A stretch of 62,707 nucleotides of DNA. Origin: Reclinomonas americana ATCC 50394. Lineage: Eukaryota. Below are positions 1 to 12,540 of the stretch, piece after piece. The notes beneath the pieces were generated by a model that worked only from the letters and a program-made list of their open reading frames with translations, had not been told where the DNA came from and made no database searches. Positions within the stretch are counted from its first letter, which is position 1, and each line of letters starts with the position of its first letter. Where the stretch lies: NCBI GenBank assembly GCA_048213135.1, contig PS015103.1, forward strand, positions 57,856 through 120,562. Direction: 5' to 3'. Made by a program: the position numbers and the translations under genes.

Positions 1-123
1 AGAGAGAGAGAGAGAGAAGAAGAAGAAGAAGAAGAAGAAGAAGAAGAAGAAGAAGAAGCAGTGCATAAGGCGTGTCTTGAACGACTGACGTGCGACAATC
101 GCTGCGAGGCATCTTGTCACTCA

Positions 124-161
<38 letters not shown>

Positions 162-349
162 TTCGTACCCACACCTTTCCTTTCCTCCCCTTTGCCTCCC
201 TCCCTTCCGCATGCTCTTCTCGCTCACACTCCTCATGTCACTCACCCTTGCTTGCACCGCTGATTCACCTCCTCCTGGCATGTCTTGATCGAGACTTACG
301 GCTGTCACTGCAAGGCATCTTGTCACTCACTCACTCTCTCTCTCTCTCA

Positions 350-386
<37 letters not shown>

Positions 387-1903
387 TCGTACCTACTCCT
401 TTCCTTTCCTCCCCCTTACCTCCATTCTCGCCCACGCTCCTCATGACACTCGCCTTGGCACGACTGATTCACCTCCTCCTTCCCTTCTCTCTCTCTCTCC
501 CTCTTTCCAGGATGCATCGCCGTCGCGCTCGTCTGGAGGAAAAGCGACGTGCTGAGGCGCAGGCCGAGGCCGAGTCGCGCGCAGTGGCCGCTCGTCGCGA
601 GGTGCTCTTTGACTCGCCTCGTGCGCTGCTGGAGGCGTGGTTGGCGGAGCGTGATCGCGTGGCGTCGATGCTGGAGGGCGTGGAGGAGTTGTGGCATGTG
701 CGTGCGATCGCTGATACAGATGCTGTTATTTACCGATGTTGTCCCTCTTGCAAGTACGCCGTCCTTCGTTCTTTCCGTCTCTCCTGGAGATTGTTCTTCC
801 ACATCCTGATCTCGCTCTTGAGCCTGCGCTGTTGTCTGTACTTGACAGACTGTGCGTCACCTCTCTCCTCTTGTTCGGCATCCCACTTGCAGTTCTTCCA
901 CGTGCATTCTTGACACTTTGTTGTATGATGTGCCTCGTTCTTGCTTCCTTCTACGACAGCCATTGCTTTATCTCTTTCCTCTCTTCAGCATGATAGCAAC
1001 GACGATTGCTCCCGCATCCGGTTCTCATTCTGAGAGAGCAGAAGGAGAAGACTTGGAGTGGAGCGATTGACAATCACCAACACTCATTCTCTACCCTTTC
1101 ACACAGTCTGCGCCCCTGCCTTGCACTCCCACGAATCTCTTGTGTGTCAACCTGTGCATCACGGACGCCTCTCTCCGTGTCTCTGCGCCCTGCATCACAA
1201 TTAGGTCGTGCCTTTCTTCATTCCCCATTGTTCGCCAGCTTGTGCGGCATCTGTCTCGCGCATTCCTTTGCCACTTGTAGCCATATGCATCTTCTCTTTC
1301 CCTATCCCAACCTTCTCTCTCCCTTCTCCTGACAGACGAGCCTCGAATCCGAGGGCGGCCGCCTCGCCTCCCTCCGCAACGTGGCCATTGCATACATCAA
1401 GGAGATTGTGGACAGCGGTCGCATCGCCCAGCACCCGGAGATGGCTCTCCTGCTCAGTCTTCCCGAGCTCTCCGGCATCTTTCCCGAAGTGCGCCGTTTC
1501 TCACTGATTGGACTCGCGGCTGCCTTTGCGGCGGCGGCCGCCAGTGAGGCGACAGGCGGGACTGGTGTGTTGTTTGGCAAGAGGGGAGTTGTGCATATAG
1601 TAACTCACGTTGCTTCAAACGCAGACTCGGGTTCAGCAGCTGCCGGCGACAAACCAAGAGTTTCGTGAATCTTTTCTTCGCTCTGCTGCGATTCTCGCTC
1701 ACCATTTGCGTTCCACAGCCACGCTCTGTTGCGCTCAGTTCCGATTGACAGTTTCCAAGACTCTATACTCACTCTCAGCGTTTCTCTTGTCTCGTTTGGC
1801 AACAGAATTCGGGAAGAGCAGTTGCGTGACTACCCACACATGGAGATCATCCAGTCCAGCTCTTTCACTCATATGTCTACGAGGCGCACTCCCCTTGACT
1901 GTC

Positions 1904-1957
<54 letters not shown>

Positions 1958-4900
1958 NNNNNNNNNNNNNNNNNNNNNNNNNNNNNNNNNNNNNNNNNNN
2001 NNNNNNNNNNNNNNNNNNNNNNNNNNNNNNNNNNNNNNNNNNNNNNNNNNNNNNNNNNNNNNNNNNNNNNNNNNNNNNNNNNNNNNNNNNNNNNNNNNNN
2101 NNNNNNNNNNNNNNNNNNNNNNNNNNNNNNNNNNNNNNNNNNNNNNNNNNNNNNNNNNNNNNNNNNNNNNNNNNNNNNNNNNNNNNNNNNNNNNNNNNNN
2201 NNNNNNNNNNNNNNNNNNNNNNNNNNNNNNNNNNNNNNNNNNNNNNNNNNNNNNNNNNNNNNNNNNNNNNNNNNNNNNNNNNNNNNNNNNNNNNNNNNNN
2301 NNNNNNNNNNNNNNNNNNNNNNNNNNNNNNNNNNNNNNNNNNNNNNNNNNNNNNNNNNNNNNNNNNNNNNNNNNNNNNNNNNNNNNNNNNNNNNNNNNNN
2401 NNNNNNNNNNNNNNNNNNNNNNNNNNNNNNNNNNNNNNNNNNNNNNNNNNNNNNNNNNNNNNNNNNNNNNNNNNNNNNNNNNNNNNNNNNNNNNNNNNNN
2501 NNNNNNNNNNNNNNNNNNNNNNNNNNNNNNNNNNNNNNNNNNNNNNNNNNNNNNNNNNNNNNNNNNNNNNNNNNNNNNNNNNNNNNNNNNNNNNNNNNNN
2601 NNNNNNNNNNNNNNNNNNNNNNNNNNNNNNNNNNNNNNNNNNNNNNNNNNNNNNNNNNNNNNNNNNNNNNNNNNNNNNNNNNNNNNNNNGAAGACTGTAC
2701 GTGTGCGCGCATGGCATGTGAGGGAGAGAGTAAGTGATTGGCACCGTGAGTGTGCTAGTTTGTATGATCGTGATGGTGAACGTGAGGAAGACCGTGCGTG
2801 TGCGCGTGGCATGTGAGGTAGAGAGTAAGTGATTGGCACCGTGAGTGTGTGCGCACATGCTTGTTTGTGTGCCTGTATGCGTGTCTGTGTGCGCCTTATT
2901 ATCGAAACTCCTTTCCCCAAACTTGTCTTGCCTCTCTGTGTAGCCCTCATTTCCCTTCCTTTCTGTCTCCTTTTTTTTGCAGTCCCGCCGCCGCGACCTG
3001 GACGCACCGGCCTCCTGGGAAGACCTCGACCGCGAACGCGCCCTGGTCGCCACCGCCGACTCCACCCTACTGCTGACCATTGCCACCGCCGACGCCGTGT
3101 GGGAATCGTGGCACATTGCCAAGGAGATGGAGGAGCTCTGCTTGCCACCGCTGCAGGATCCAGCCGAATTGGAGACGGAGCTGACAGAAGCACTGCAACG
3201 CATCGTGTCTCGAGTTGCGCTCTCTTCCGTCCGCTCTCCTTCTGTCTCTTTCTTTCAGCTTGAGACTAGTCTGACGCTTCTCTCCTCCCCCCCCCCCGCT
3301 ATATCATCCCCTTCCGTCCTCTCCTTCGCCTTGTCGTTTCCCCTCCGTTATCCCTGTCCATCTTCCATCCATCTTTATCAAATTTATCTTCCGCTCGTCC
3401 CTTCCCTTACCCTTTGCCTGTATCCGTCGTTCCTCTCTTTCTTTTCTCTCTTTCTTTCCCGTCTTTGCCATGTGTATTCCCGCACCGTTTTCGCTGTTCT
3501 TCTGTCATACCTCCTCCTTCCATGCAGTCTTCCCTCTCCTTCCATCTCTCCGTTTGATTGCCCTCCCCCCATCCCCTTCCGTCTTCCACCCTTTCCTCTT
3601 CTCAGTCCCTCTTCCCTCACCCCCCTTTCCCTTCTCCTTTTCTCCTCCCCCCTTCCCTTTCCCTTCCCCGCATCCCTTCCCTTTTCCTCTTTCCCCTTTT
3701 CCTCACCCTTCCCCCTCACGTGCAGGCCACCGCCCGCCTCCTGGAGGTCCGCGGCGACCCCGTAGCCCTCACCGCCGTGCTCCGCACCCTAGCCTTTGTC
3801 AGCACCGTGCTGGTGGACACGGGCACCTCGCACGCCGAGGTCTTTGGCGCCTCCTCCAGCAGCTGGTTCAAGCACTGGCTGTATCAGCGATTGGCCGACA
3901 TTCGCGACGATCCGCACATCTCGGTGCACGCGCGCACCACGGCCGCGTACACGCTGCAGGCGCTGCTGAGCACGTACGCCGTCAACTCGGACCTGCGTTT
4001 CGATCTCGGCCGCGTGCACCGCTCCATGACCAACCTCACCGCGCCCACCACCTCCTTCCGCAAGCGCTTCCCGATGCAATTCGTCGGCAACTCGTCGGCG
4101 CCGGCCGATCACCCGCTGAGTGCGTGGTACGTCGACACGCGACGTGTGTGGTGCCAGTGCGAGATTGTGCGTTTCCTCGACCGCACTCTGTCGCACAACG
4201 AGGCGGTGGCGGCGTGTGACGAGCTGCAGAACATGATTCGCACTTCGTATCACCTGAACCAGACGCCGTGGGTGAGTGTTTTCTTTGCGGTGAGGGAGCG
4301 AATGGTAACTCTCGGTGGCTCGCTCACTTCGCTGCCCGCCAGTTTCTCTGTTGTGCCATTGACGGCCTGGTGTGGCTCTCTGTCGGCTGCTCCATGACGG
4401 CACTGCGCAACTCGGCCGTGCGTACCATTGGCGCCATTCTCGACGACGAGGCCACGTACGGCAATGATCCGGCTGTGCGGTGCAAGGTGAGTGAGGTTGC
4501 ATACACACACGCGCGAACACAGATCACCACCTACGCGTCCACGAACAGAGGCACACGCCCTCTCTCACACACACTCACGCACACACATGTGCATGCATGC
4601 TCATCCGCACGAACACATTCATGCGCACATTCAGACACACATAAACACAGGAATGGCACACACGCACAGAGCCTCGCAAGGTACACGCTCTAATGCTCAC
4701 TCATGAACACGCATCCTCACATACCCTCTCGCATACACACACACTGTCTCTGTTGCACATCATTTTGTCAATCTCCTCATTTTCTCTTCTATGGTCTTGT
4801 CACGCGTATGCTGTGCTGTGTACACGCATACGCATGTCAACACATGAACAGGCTCTCCTGCACACACACACACACACACACGCGCGAACACACACACACA

Positions 4901-7900
4901 CATAAACACAGGAACGGCACACGCAAGATACTCGCACAAATTCACGCTCATGAACACACATCCTCACAAGCAGACGCGCGCCGTCTCGCACACAGACCCG
5001 TACGCATACGCACAAATCAGTCTCACTCTTCTCTCTCGGTTACACGTCTCCGTGTCAATCTCCTCGTTTCTCTTCACACGTATGCTGTGCTGTGTACATG
5101 CATACACAATGCAAACATGAACAAGCCCTCATGCACACACACACATGCACGCACATACACGCATACTGTCTCTCTCTCCGTGCATCACATCTCCATCCCC
5201 TCATTTTCTTCTATTGTCTCTTCCTCATCCTCTTTCCCACCCTCTCACCTTCTCGATACGCAGGCCATCTCCGCCCTTCGCATGCTGGACAACCCCGGCT
5301 CCCCCTGCGCGGTGGCCGTGTTCGAGATCATTGAGCGACTGAAGGAGGCGGCGGAGACGAAACCACGCAAGACGTTCCTCTCGCGTCTGCGCAACCTCGC
5401 CGGTCACCACTCGGCCGCCGACCATGAGCGACAGTTGCTGCACGAGCTGGTCGAGGACCTCGGCGACAATGTGTACCAGTCGGGATTTGTGCCGATGAGT
5501 GAGGATGTTGCGTTGGCACGCTTGCAATCCATTCTTGCTGCCTTTTCTCCTGATCTCACCCCTTTTCTCTCCGTGTCCCTCTCTCGTTCTCTCTTGTGAC
5601 CGCTGTCCATTCCCCTTCCTTACCTCGATCAGGTCGGCGACCAACTGCGCCTAATGTCCGACGTGCGAAGTGTGGAGCAACTCGAGCTGGAGCTGATGCA
5701 CAAGGCGGCGGAGAATGCCATTCCCACCGAGGCCGTCAGCCCCACCTCCAGCGCCATGCCGATGCAGCCGAAATGGGACTCCTCCAAGGAGCGCACCTAT
5801 GTGCAGCTACCGGCGTTTGAGATTGACCGTGCCGAAGACGCGGCCACCAACGACGTGGTGTTGTCGTGCATGGAGTTTGTGCATCGCTTCTTCCGCGGTC
5901 AGTATCCAGCCTCGCACCCGATGGCGGTGATTTTGGGACCGCCCGGCTCGGGCAAGACGGCGGTGAGCTTGGAAATCGAGCGGCAATTGTGGGTCGAGCA
6001 CGACCAGCACGGCAACGTGGTGCCGTTGTGGATCGACGTGTCGGCGTGCCAGCGACTGAACGGCGACGTGTCGGGTGCCGTGCGACGCGCCCTTGAGTTG
6101 TACATGACCGAGACCGACGACGAGCATCCGGATGCGCGCTCCGTCGACGCCAATCACTTGACGCATGTGGCGATTCTCGATGGGTGGGGCGATCTGATGG
6201 ACGCCGAGGAGAAGTTGCTCGACGACGCGGTGGAGTGGGACAGCTGGATTCCGTGGCGTTTTTGTGTGATTGTCACGTGCCGCTCCGACGCCTACCAGCG
6301 CATTCTCACGCGCCATCCGCTGCGTGGCGGCTTTGACCGCGCCTACCTCAAGTACTCTCTTGGCGAGTTTGAGGAGCCAGAAATTGGCGCGTGGGTGACA
6401 CAGGAGCTGCCGTCGCCGCAGGTGGGTGGAAGATGGGGATGGAGGAAGGATGAGAGGGAGAGGGAGGGATGAGAGACGGAAACGAGGGTTGAAGGCACAG
6501 CTGCCACAGCAGAGATTGTTTGTGTCGAGGGCTGTTTGACGATGGGAAAGGGCACGAACACTGAACGTCTGCCATTCCTCTCGCCGTGTTTTGAGAAGAG
6601 GACTTACGCCACAACAGCAGCAGTTTTGATAGTTTTTTGGCATGGTCTTAAGGGCATTTTCGTCTGTCACTCCTCCATCTGAGAGAGAGAGAGAGAGAAA
6701 GAAGATGAAGTGGGGGTCAACATTGCTTGACAAAGCTAAAGCTGCCAGTTTGCCAGTGAGGCGCAAATACTTAAACATCAGTCATTCTTTCTCACTGCTG
6801 CTTTTGTCTGTTTGTGTGAGTTGGGCAAGCGAGGAGGGAAGAAGGCGAGAGAGACAGAGAGAGTGAGAGGGAGACAACATGNNNNNNNNNNNNNNNNNNN
6901 NNNNNNNNNNNNNNNNNNNNNNNNNNNNNNNNNNNNNNNNNNNNNNNNNNNNNNNNNNNNNNNNNNNNNNNNNNNNNNNNNNNNNNNNNNNNNNNNNNNN
7001 NNNNNNNNNNNNNNNNNNNNNNNNNNNNNNNNNNNNNNNNNNNNNNNNNNNNNNNNNNNNNNNNNNNNNNNNNNNNNNNNNNNNNNNNNNNNNNNNNNNN
7101 NNNNNNNNNNNNNNNNNNNNNNNNNNNNNNNNNNNNNNNNNNNNNNNNNNNNNNNNNNNNNNNNNNNNNNNNNNNNNNNNNNNNNNNNNNNNNNNNNNNN
7201 NNNNNNNNNNNNNNNNNNNNNNNNNNNNNNNNNNNNNNNNNNNNNNNNNNNNNNNNNNNNNNNNNNNNNNNNNNNNNNNNNNNNNNNNNNNNNNNNNNNN
7301 NNNNNNNNNNNNNNNNNNNNNNNNNNNNNNNNNNNNNNNNNNNNNNNNNNNNNNNNNNNNNNNNNNNNNNNNNNNNNNNNNNNNNNNNNNNNNNNNNNNN
7401 NNNNNNNNNNNNNNNNNNNNNNNNNNNNNNNNNNNNNNNNNNNNNNNNNNNNNNNNNNNNNNNNNNNNNNNNNNNNNNNNNAACGTCACAGCAGAAGTTT
7501 TTCGGGATGCGACTGCGTCTGCCATTCTTTGACCAGTCTGCACGTGTATGTGTGTCTTAGCCAAAGGAGAAGGGAAGAAGTCGGGGAATGCAGAAAGAGA
7601 GAGAGAGCATGAATTGCTAAAGATGCCTTGTTGGCATGGTTCGTGTTGACTTCTGGGATTGTTTCGTGAGAGCGGGACGAATGGGATTATCTGTCACTCT
7701 TCTCTCTGTTCGTGTTCGTGTTTCTGTCAATAACGAAGCATGCACTGTCAGAGATGCCACGCTTCTCTCTGTGCTGTCGTGAAAAGAGCGATATCTTCCT
7801 CCTCACTTCCCTCTCTCTCTCCCTTCTCATTTTCCCTCCCTCCCACCCTTCGCAGTCCGACGAAGTCCTCCACCGCCTTCCCCTGATTCCCGGCCTGCTA

Positions 7901-10900
7901 ACGACGGTGACGCGCCCGCTGTACCTCTCGCTCGCCATCTCCGCGCTGCCACTCCTCGAGCACTTCCACCAACAGCATGCGCGCCACGTGGTCGGTGCCA
8001 CCGACGTCATGAACGCGTACATGACGCAGTGGTTTGCCGACGAGTACCCTACGTATTGTGGCTTGATTGGCTCGCCATCGGCCGCCATTCGCGCCGGAAG
8101 CGATGTAATCTACCAGTCCATGGGCTCGGGCGACGAACCGGACCAGCTGGTCAACTTTGCGGAGCGACTGGCCTTTGCCATGACGCTGCGCGGCCTCACG
8201 TCGATCAGCCCCGAAGATGATCCGCAGGTGTGGAACACGTGGTTTGAGTTTTTCATGAACCCCGAGGTGGAGATTGTGCCACCGCGCTCCTCGGCGTCGC
8301 CGCCGTCGGTGGAGAAGATATTGGTGAGTCGACAACCGACCCTCTTCTGTCTCTTTCACCCTGTTCAGGTTTCGATTGCTCTATTGTCGATTTTCGTTGC
8401 TTTCTCTTTCGTGCTCGCATTCCTGTCGAGGCAGCACCTTGTTCTTGTTTGCCATCGACGTTATTCTGTCGTGTTTTATCTCTCGTTACCACGACCGTAT
8501 GCGGACAACACATGACTCCTCCCTTGTCGTGTTCAGTAGCCAGCCTCACTATGTCTTCCTGTCATCCTTATTTCTCTCCCGTCGTCTCCTTTCCATACAC
8601 CCGTGTTTCTTCTCCCTTATCCCATCATGCTCACCCTCCTGTGCCAAACGTTATCAATGTTCCCGCCTTTCCCCCTTCCGTCCTCCTATCTTGAACCCTT
8701 CCCTCTATCCCTCTTTCCCCTCTCTCTCTTCCTTCTTTCCCCCTTTCCCCTCTTTCTGCTCTCTTCCCCTTTCCCTCATTCCCCTCTCTCCCTTTCACCT
8801 CTCTCCCTTTCCCCCTTTCCCCCTCTCTCCCTTTCCCCCTTTCCCCTTTCCCCCTTTCCCCCTTTCCCTCACTCCCTTCCCCCTTTTAGCTGTACTGCCG
8901 CGCCTCCCCCGTCGGCTCCGCACACCGCCACAGCGACGACGACAAGGGCCTGTACCACTTGCTGTACGCCGCCATCCCCCTGCTGCGCTGCGACGACGGC
9001 AGCCACATCCGATTCGTGCACAAGAGCGTGCAGGAATACCTGGCCGCCTGCTCGGTGGCGCGCGAGCTGGCACGCCACTTCCACATCATGTACCCGTCGG
9101 CATCGTCGCCGACCTCACTTCGCGAGCACGGCCATTTGTCGGTCGTGCCGTCGGGCGAGGTTCCGAAGTCGCCCACTCATCGCATGGCGGCGAACGATCC
9201 GTTCTTTGCCATGTGCACGCGCGGTCGCTTCAGCAAGCGGTCGTTTGCCACCGAGCCGGCTGTGTTGCACTTCCTCTCGGATATTTTGACGCGCATCCAA
9301 CTGGTCACGGGCCTGTTTGGCGGCGACTGGAGGCAGTTTGGTGAGTGGGCACGGCGCGCAACTAGCGCAAAGATGGAGACTGATCTCAGTGTGTATGTGC
9401 AGTGCTTACGCTGCTGCGCACGGCCACCGATCGCAGTGAATTGCCAGTGGGTGCTATCGGTGCCAACTGCCTGGCGCTGCTGTGCATTGCCGATTTTGAT
9501 TTCCGTGGATGCGATTTGCACGGCATTCAAGGTTTGCGCACATTCTCTACTCTCTGTCTTTGTGCGCGCGCATGTGACTTACTCACGTCGCCGTACAGCT
9601 CCGCGAGTGGACCTCAGTCGCGCTCGCATGTCATCAGTCAACCTATCCGGTGCCGATCTCACTCGCGCATGCCTGGCGGGCGCCGATCTCACCGACGCCA
9701 ACTTTCGTGGCGCCTGTTTGCGCGACGCCATTTTCATGCAGGATCCTGAGTTGACCACGCATCAGGCACTTGGTGAGTGTGAGCTTGAAGTGAGAAAGAC
9801 TAGCAGATTGCGTCGCGTGCTGCCGGTCTGCGTTTCCCTGCCATTGTCTTCTTTATGTTCACCGTGCATCCCTGTTCTCGCTGTTCTTCTATTCTTCAAC
9901 ATCCTCTTCCTGTTCTTGATTCTTCTCAACTTCTTCGTATCTCTTCCTCTTACGCTAGATCCGCTTTTCTCCTTTCTCTGTTCCTCTTCCTCTTTCTCTT
10001 TCTCTTTCTCTTTCTCTTTCTCTTCCTCTTCCTCTTCCTCTTTCCTCTTCCTCTTCCTCTTCCTCTTCCTCTTCCTCTTCCNNNNNNNNNNNNNNNNNNN
10101 NNNNNNNNNNNNNNNNNNNNNNNNNNNNNNNNNNNNNNNNNNNNNNNNNNNNNNNNNNNNNNNNNNNNNNNNNNNNNNNNNNNNNNNNNNNNNNNNNNNN
10201 NNNNNNNNNNNNNNNNNNNNNNNNNNNNNNNNNNNNNNNNNNNNNNNNNNNNNNNNNNNNNNNNNNNNNNNNNNNNNNNNNNNNNNNNNNNNNNNNNNNN
10301 NNNNNNNNNNNNNNNNNNNNNNNNNNNNNNNNNNNNNNNNNNNNNNNNNNNNNNNNNNNNNNNNNNNNNNNNNNNNNNNNNNNNNNNNNNNNNNNNNNNN
10401 NNNNNNNNNNNNNNNNNNNNNNNNNNNNNNNNNNNNNNNNNNNNNNNNNNNNNNNNNNNNNNNNNNNNNNNNNNNNNNNNNNNNNNNNNNNNNNNNNNNN
10501 NNNNNNNNNNNNNNNNNNNNNNNNNNNNNNNNNNNNNNNNNNNNNNNNNNNNNNNNNNNNNNNNNNNNNNNNNNNNNNNNNNNNNNNNNNNNNNNNNNNN
10601 NNNNNNNNNNNNNNNNNNNNNNNNNNNNNNNNNNNNNNNNNNNNNNNNNNNNNNNNNNNNNNNNNNNNNNNNNNNNNNNNNNNNNNNNNNNNNNNNNNNN
10701 NNNNNNNNNNNCTCCTCTCCTCTCCTCTCCTCTCCTCTCCTCTCCTCTCCTCTCCTCTCCTCTCCTCTCCTCTCCCCTCCTCCCTCTCCCCTCCCTCTTT
10801 TCCTCCCCCTTCCCCTTTCACACCCCTCCCCCTAAATCTTCCCCTTATGATGCAGTGTCGTGCGTGGCCTTCTCCCCCGACGGACGGTGGCTGCTGACGG

Positions 10901-12383
10901 GCTCATACGACGCCACATGCGCCCTGTTCAGCGTCATCACCGCCGAAAGAGCGCTGACCGCTCTCGGACACACTGGCGCCGTGCAGTGCCTGGCGTGGAG
11001 CACTGATGCCACCCTGTGCGTGACTCGCCTGCCTCGCTCTTCACCTTGATAGGCACTCATTTCGACATGTGTGCAGATGCGCCTCGGGCGGATTCGATCG
11101 CCACTTGGTGATCTACCGGTTCCACTTGGTGGACGACGGTATGACGCCGGTGCTGACTGTGACGCATGACGAGGCCAGTGCGCACCAGGCACCGCTGCAC
11201 GCATTAGCCTTTACGCCCGACGGATCACACTTGGCGACCACGGGAGCCGACCAGGTGTGTGTGTGTGCGTGGGAGCGCTTACTCGCCGCACAATCGTCAA
11301 AACTGACTTGGTTGTCGTGTGCAGAATGTCAAGATATGGCGAGTGCAAGCGAGCGGCACCATCACGCCGTGGAAGACACTGGTTTGTCTCTGAGATGACT
11401 GCGTGCAGAGCCGTCGTGCCTCTCACTCGCTTCCATCGCAGTCGGGCCACACCGACGTGGTCACGTCGGTGTGCTTCACGCACTCCGAGGACACTCTGAT
11501 GTGTGTGACTGGTGCGCTTTGTTGGCTGCGCAGCTGGTCATGTGAAAAATGCTCATGTTGCATGCACAGGCTCGTGGGATGGCTCATTAATCGGATGGGA
11601 CCCGATTCATGGCACGCGGCTGCGCTTCGTGCCCGCCAAGGGCAAGGTGAATTCGCTGTCGTTGAGAAAATCACACGGCAAGCTGGTGATTGTGGCAGCA
11701 TGTGAAGAGGTGAGCCTTTGCCTTTGCCTTGCTTTGCCTCCCTACCCGATGCCCTGATCTCATGAGCGGCCAGGCTGTCCAATCATTCCGAGTCAACGGA
11801 AGCAACATTCTCACCGACCACATCATGATTGGCCACCGAGTGGGCTCCTCGAGGTGCGGTCCATTTCTCTTCTGTTTCCTTGCAGTGTGTCTCACGCGTT
11901 TCGGTGCAGCGTCGCCACCGCGGCGCACGGCGAGTACGCTGTCACGGGCTCCAACTCATCCGAGCTGCTGGTGTGGCGCATGCGCGACGGATTGCTCTCT
12001 TCTGCAATGCAGGGGACCCCGGGAGGTGTCGAGGTGAGTGAATGTGGTGGGATTGAGTGCGATCGAAGTGCCAATCTGCTCACTTGCGTGCACAGTGTCT
12101 GTCCATGACTCCCGACGGTGAGTTTTCTCGACCGCTGTCCTAACTCACGTAATCTCTCTCACCCGTGCTGTTGTTCCTCTGTGCAGGCTCAATGGTGGCC
12201 GTGGCTGGCTGGGGCAACAGCGTGGTGCTCTTCACGGTGGTCGACGGTCGACTCACTGGATCACGGCAAATGTCGTCGGACACGGTGGTGTGCCAGCGTG
12301 CGAACTTTGCCGGGGCAGCGGTGTCGCCCAAGAACACGATTTTGTTGCAACAATTGGGCGCCGTGTTCAAGGACAAGAGGTAG
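1..12383 (+). CDS. Multi-exon STAND/NLR-like protein: helical N-terminus, NACHT-type NTPase, pentapeptide repeats, WD40 repeats and a C-terminal pentapeptide tail (5' partial; exons may be hidden in gaps)
   Basis: GT-AG exons that keep frame, including <1-89, 511-697, 1336-1488, 2983-3213, 3726-4271, 4344-4486, 5263-5506, 5633-6421, 7856-8323, then 8890-9772 (3 exons) and the WD40 exons 10856-12383. Walker A GPPGSGKT near 5936-5959; Walker B-like VAILDGWGD; IRFVHKSVQEYL; pentapeptide LSGADLTRACLAGADLTDANF; WD units such as VAFSPDGRWLLTGSYDAT; stop TAG at 12381-12383. Confidence 0.85.
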
Positions 12384-12540
12384 ATAGCGCAAAAAAAAAA
12401 AAACAAGAGAAAAAACAAACACTGTTCGTTTATTTGTCAACCCAACACGTAATGTTTGCCTGCTTCTTCATGATTCGTTGTGCACTTTCGGGGGGGGAAA
12501 AAGGGAGAGTGCGAGAGAAAGAAAAGAGAATTATCCGGCC

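Noticed and set aside
111-480. Local intronic or intergenic duplications (also 4600-4960, 38010-38380, 40600-40920, 41500-41850, 52806-52850) as mobile elements
   Set aside because: They are short tandem duplications around microsatellites with no TIR, TSD or coding capacity.
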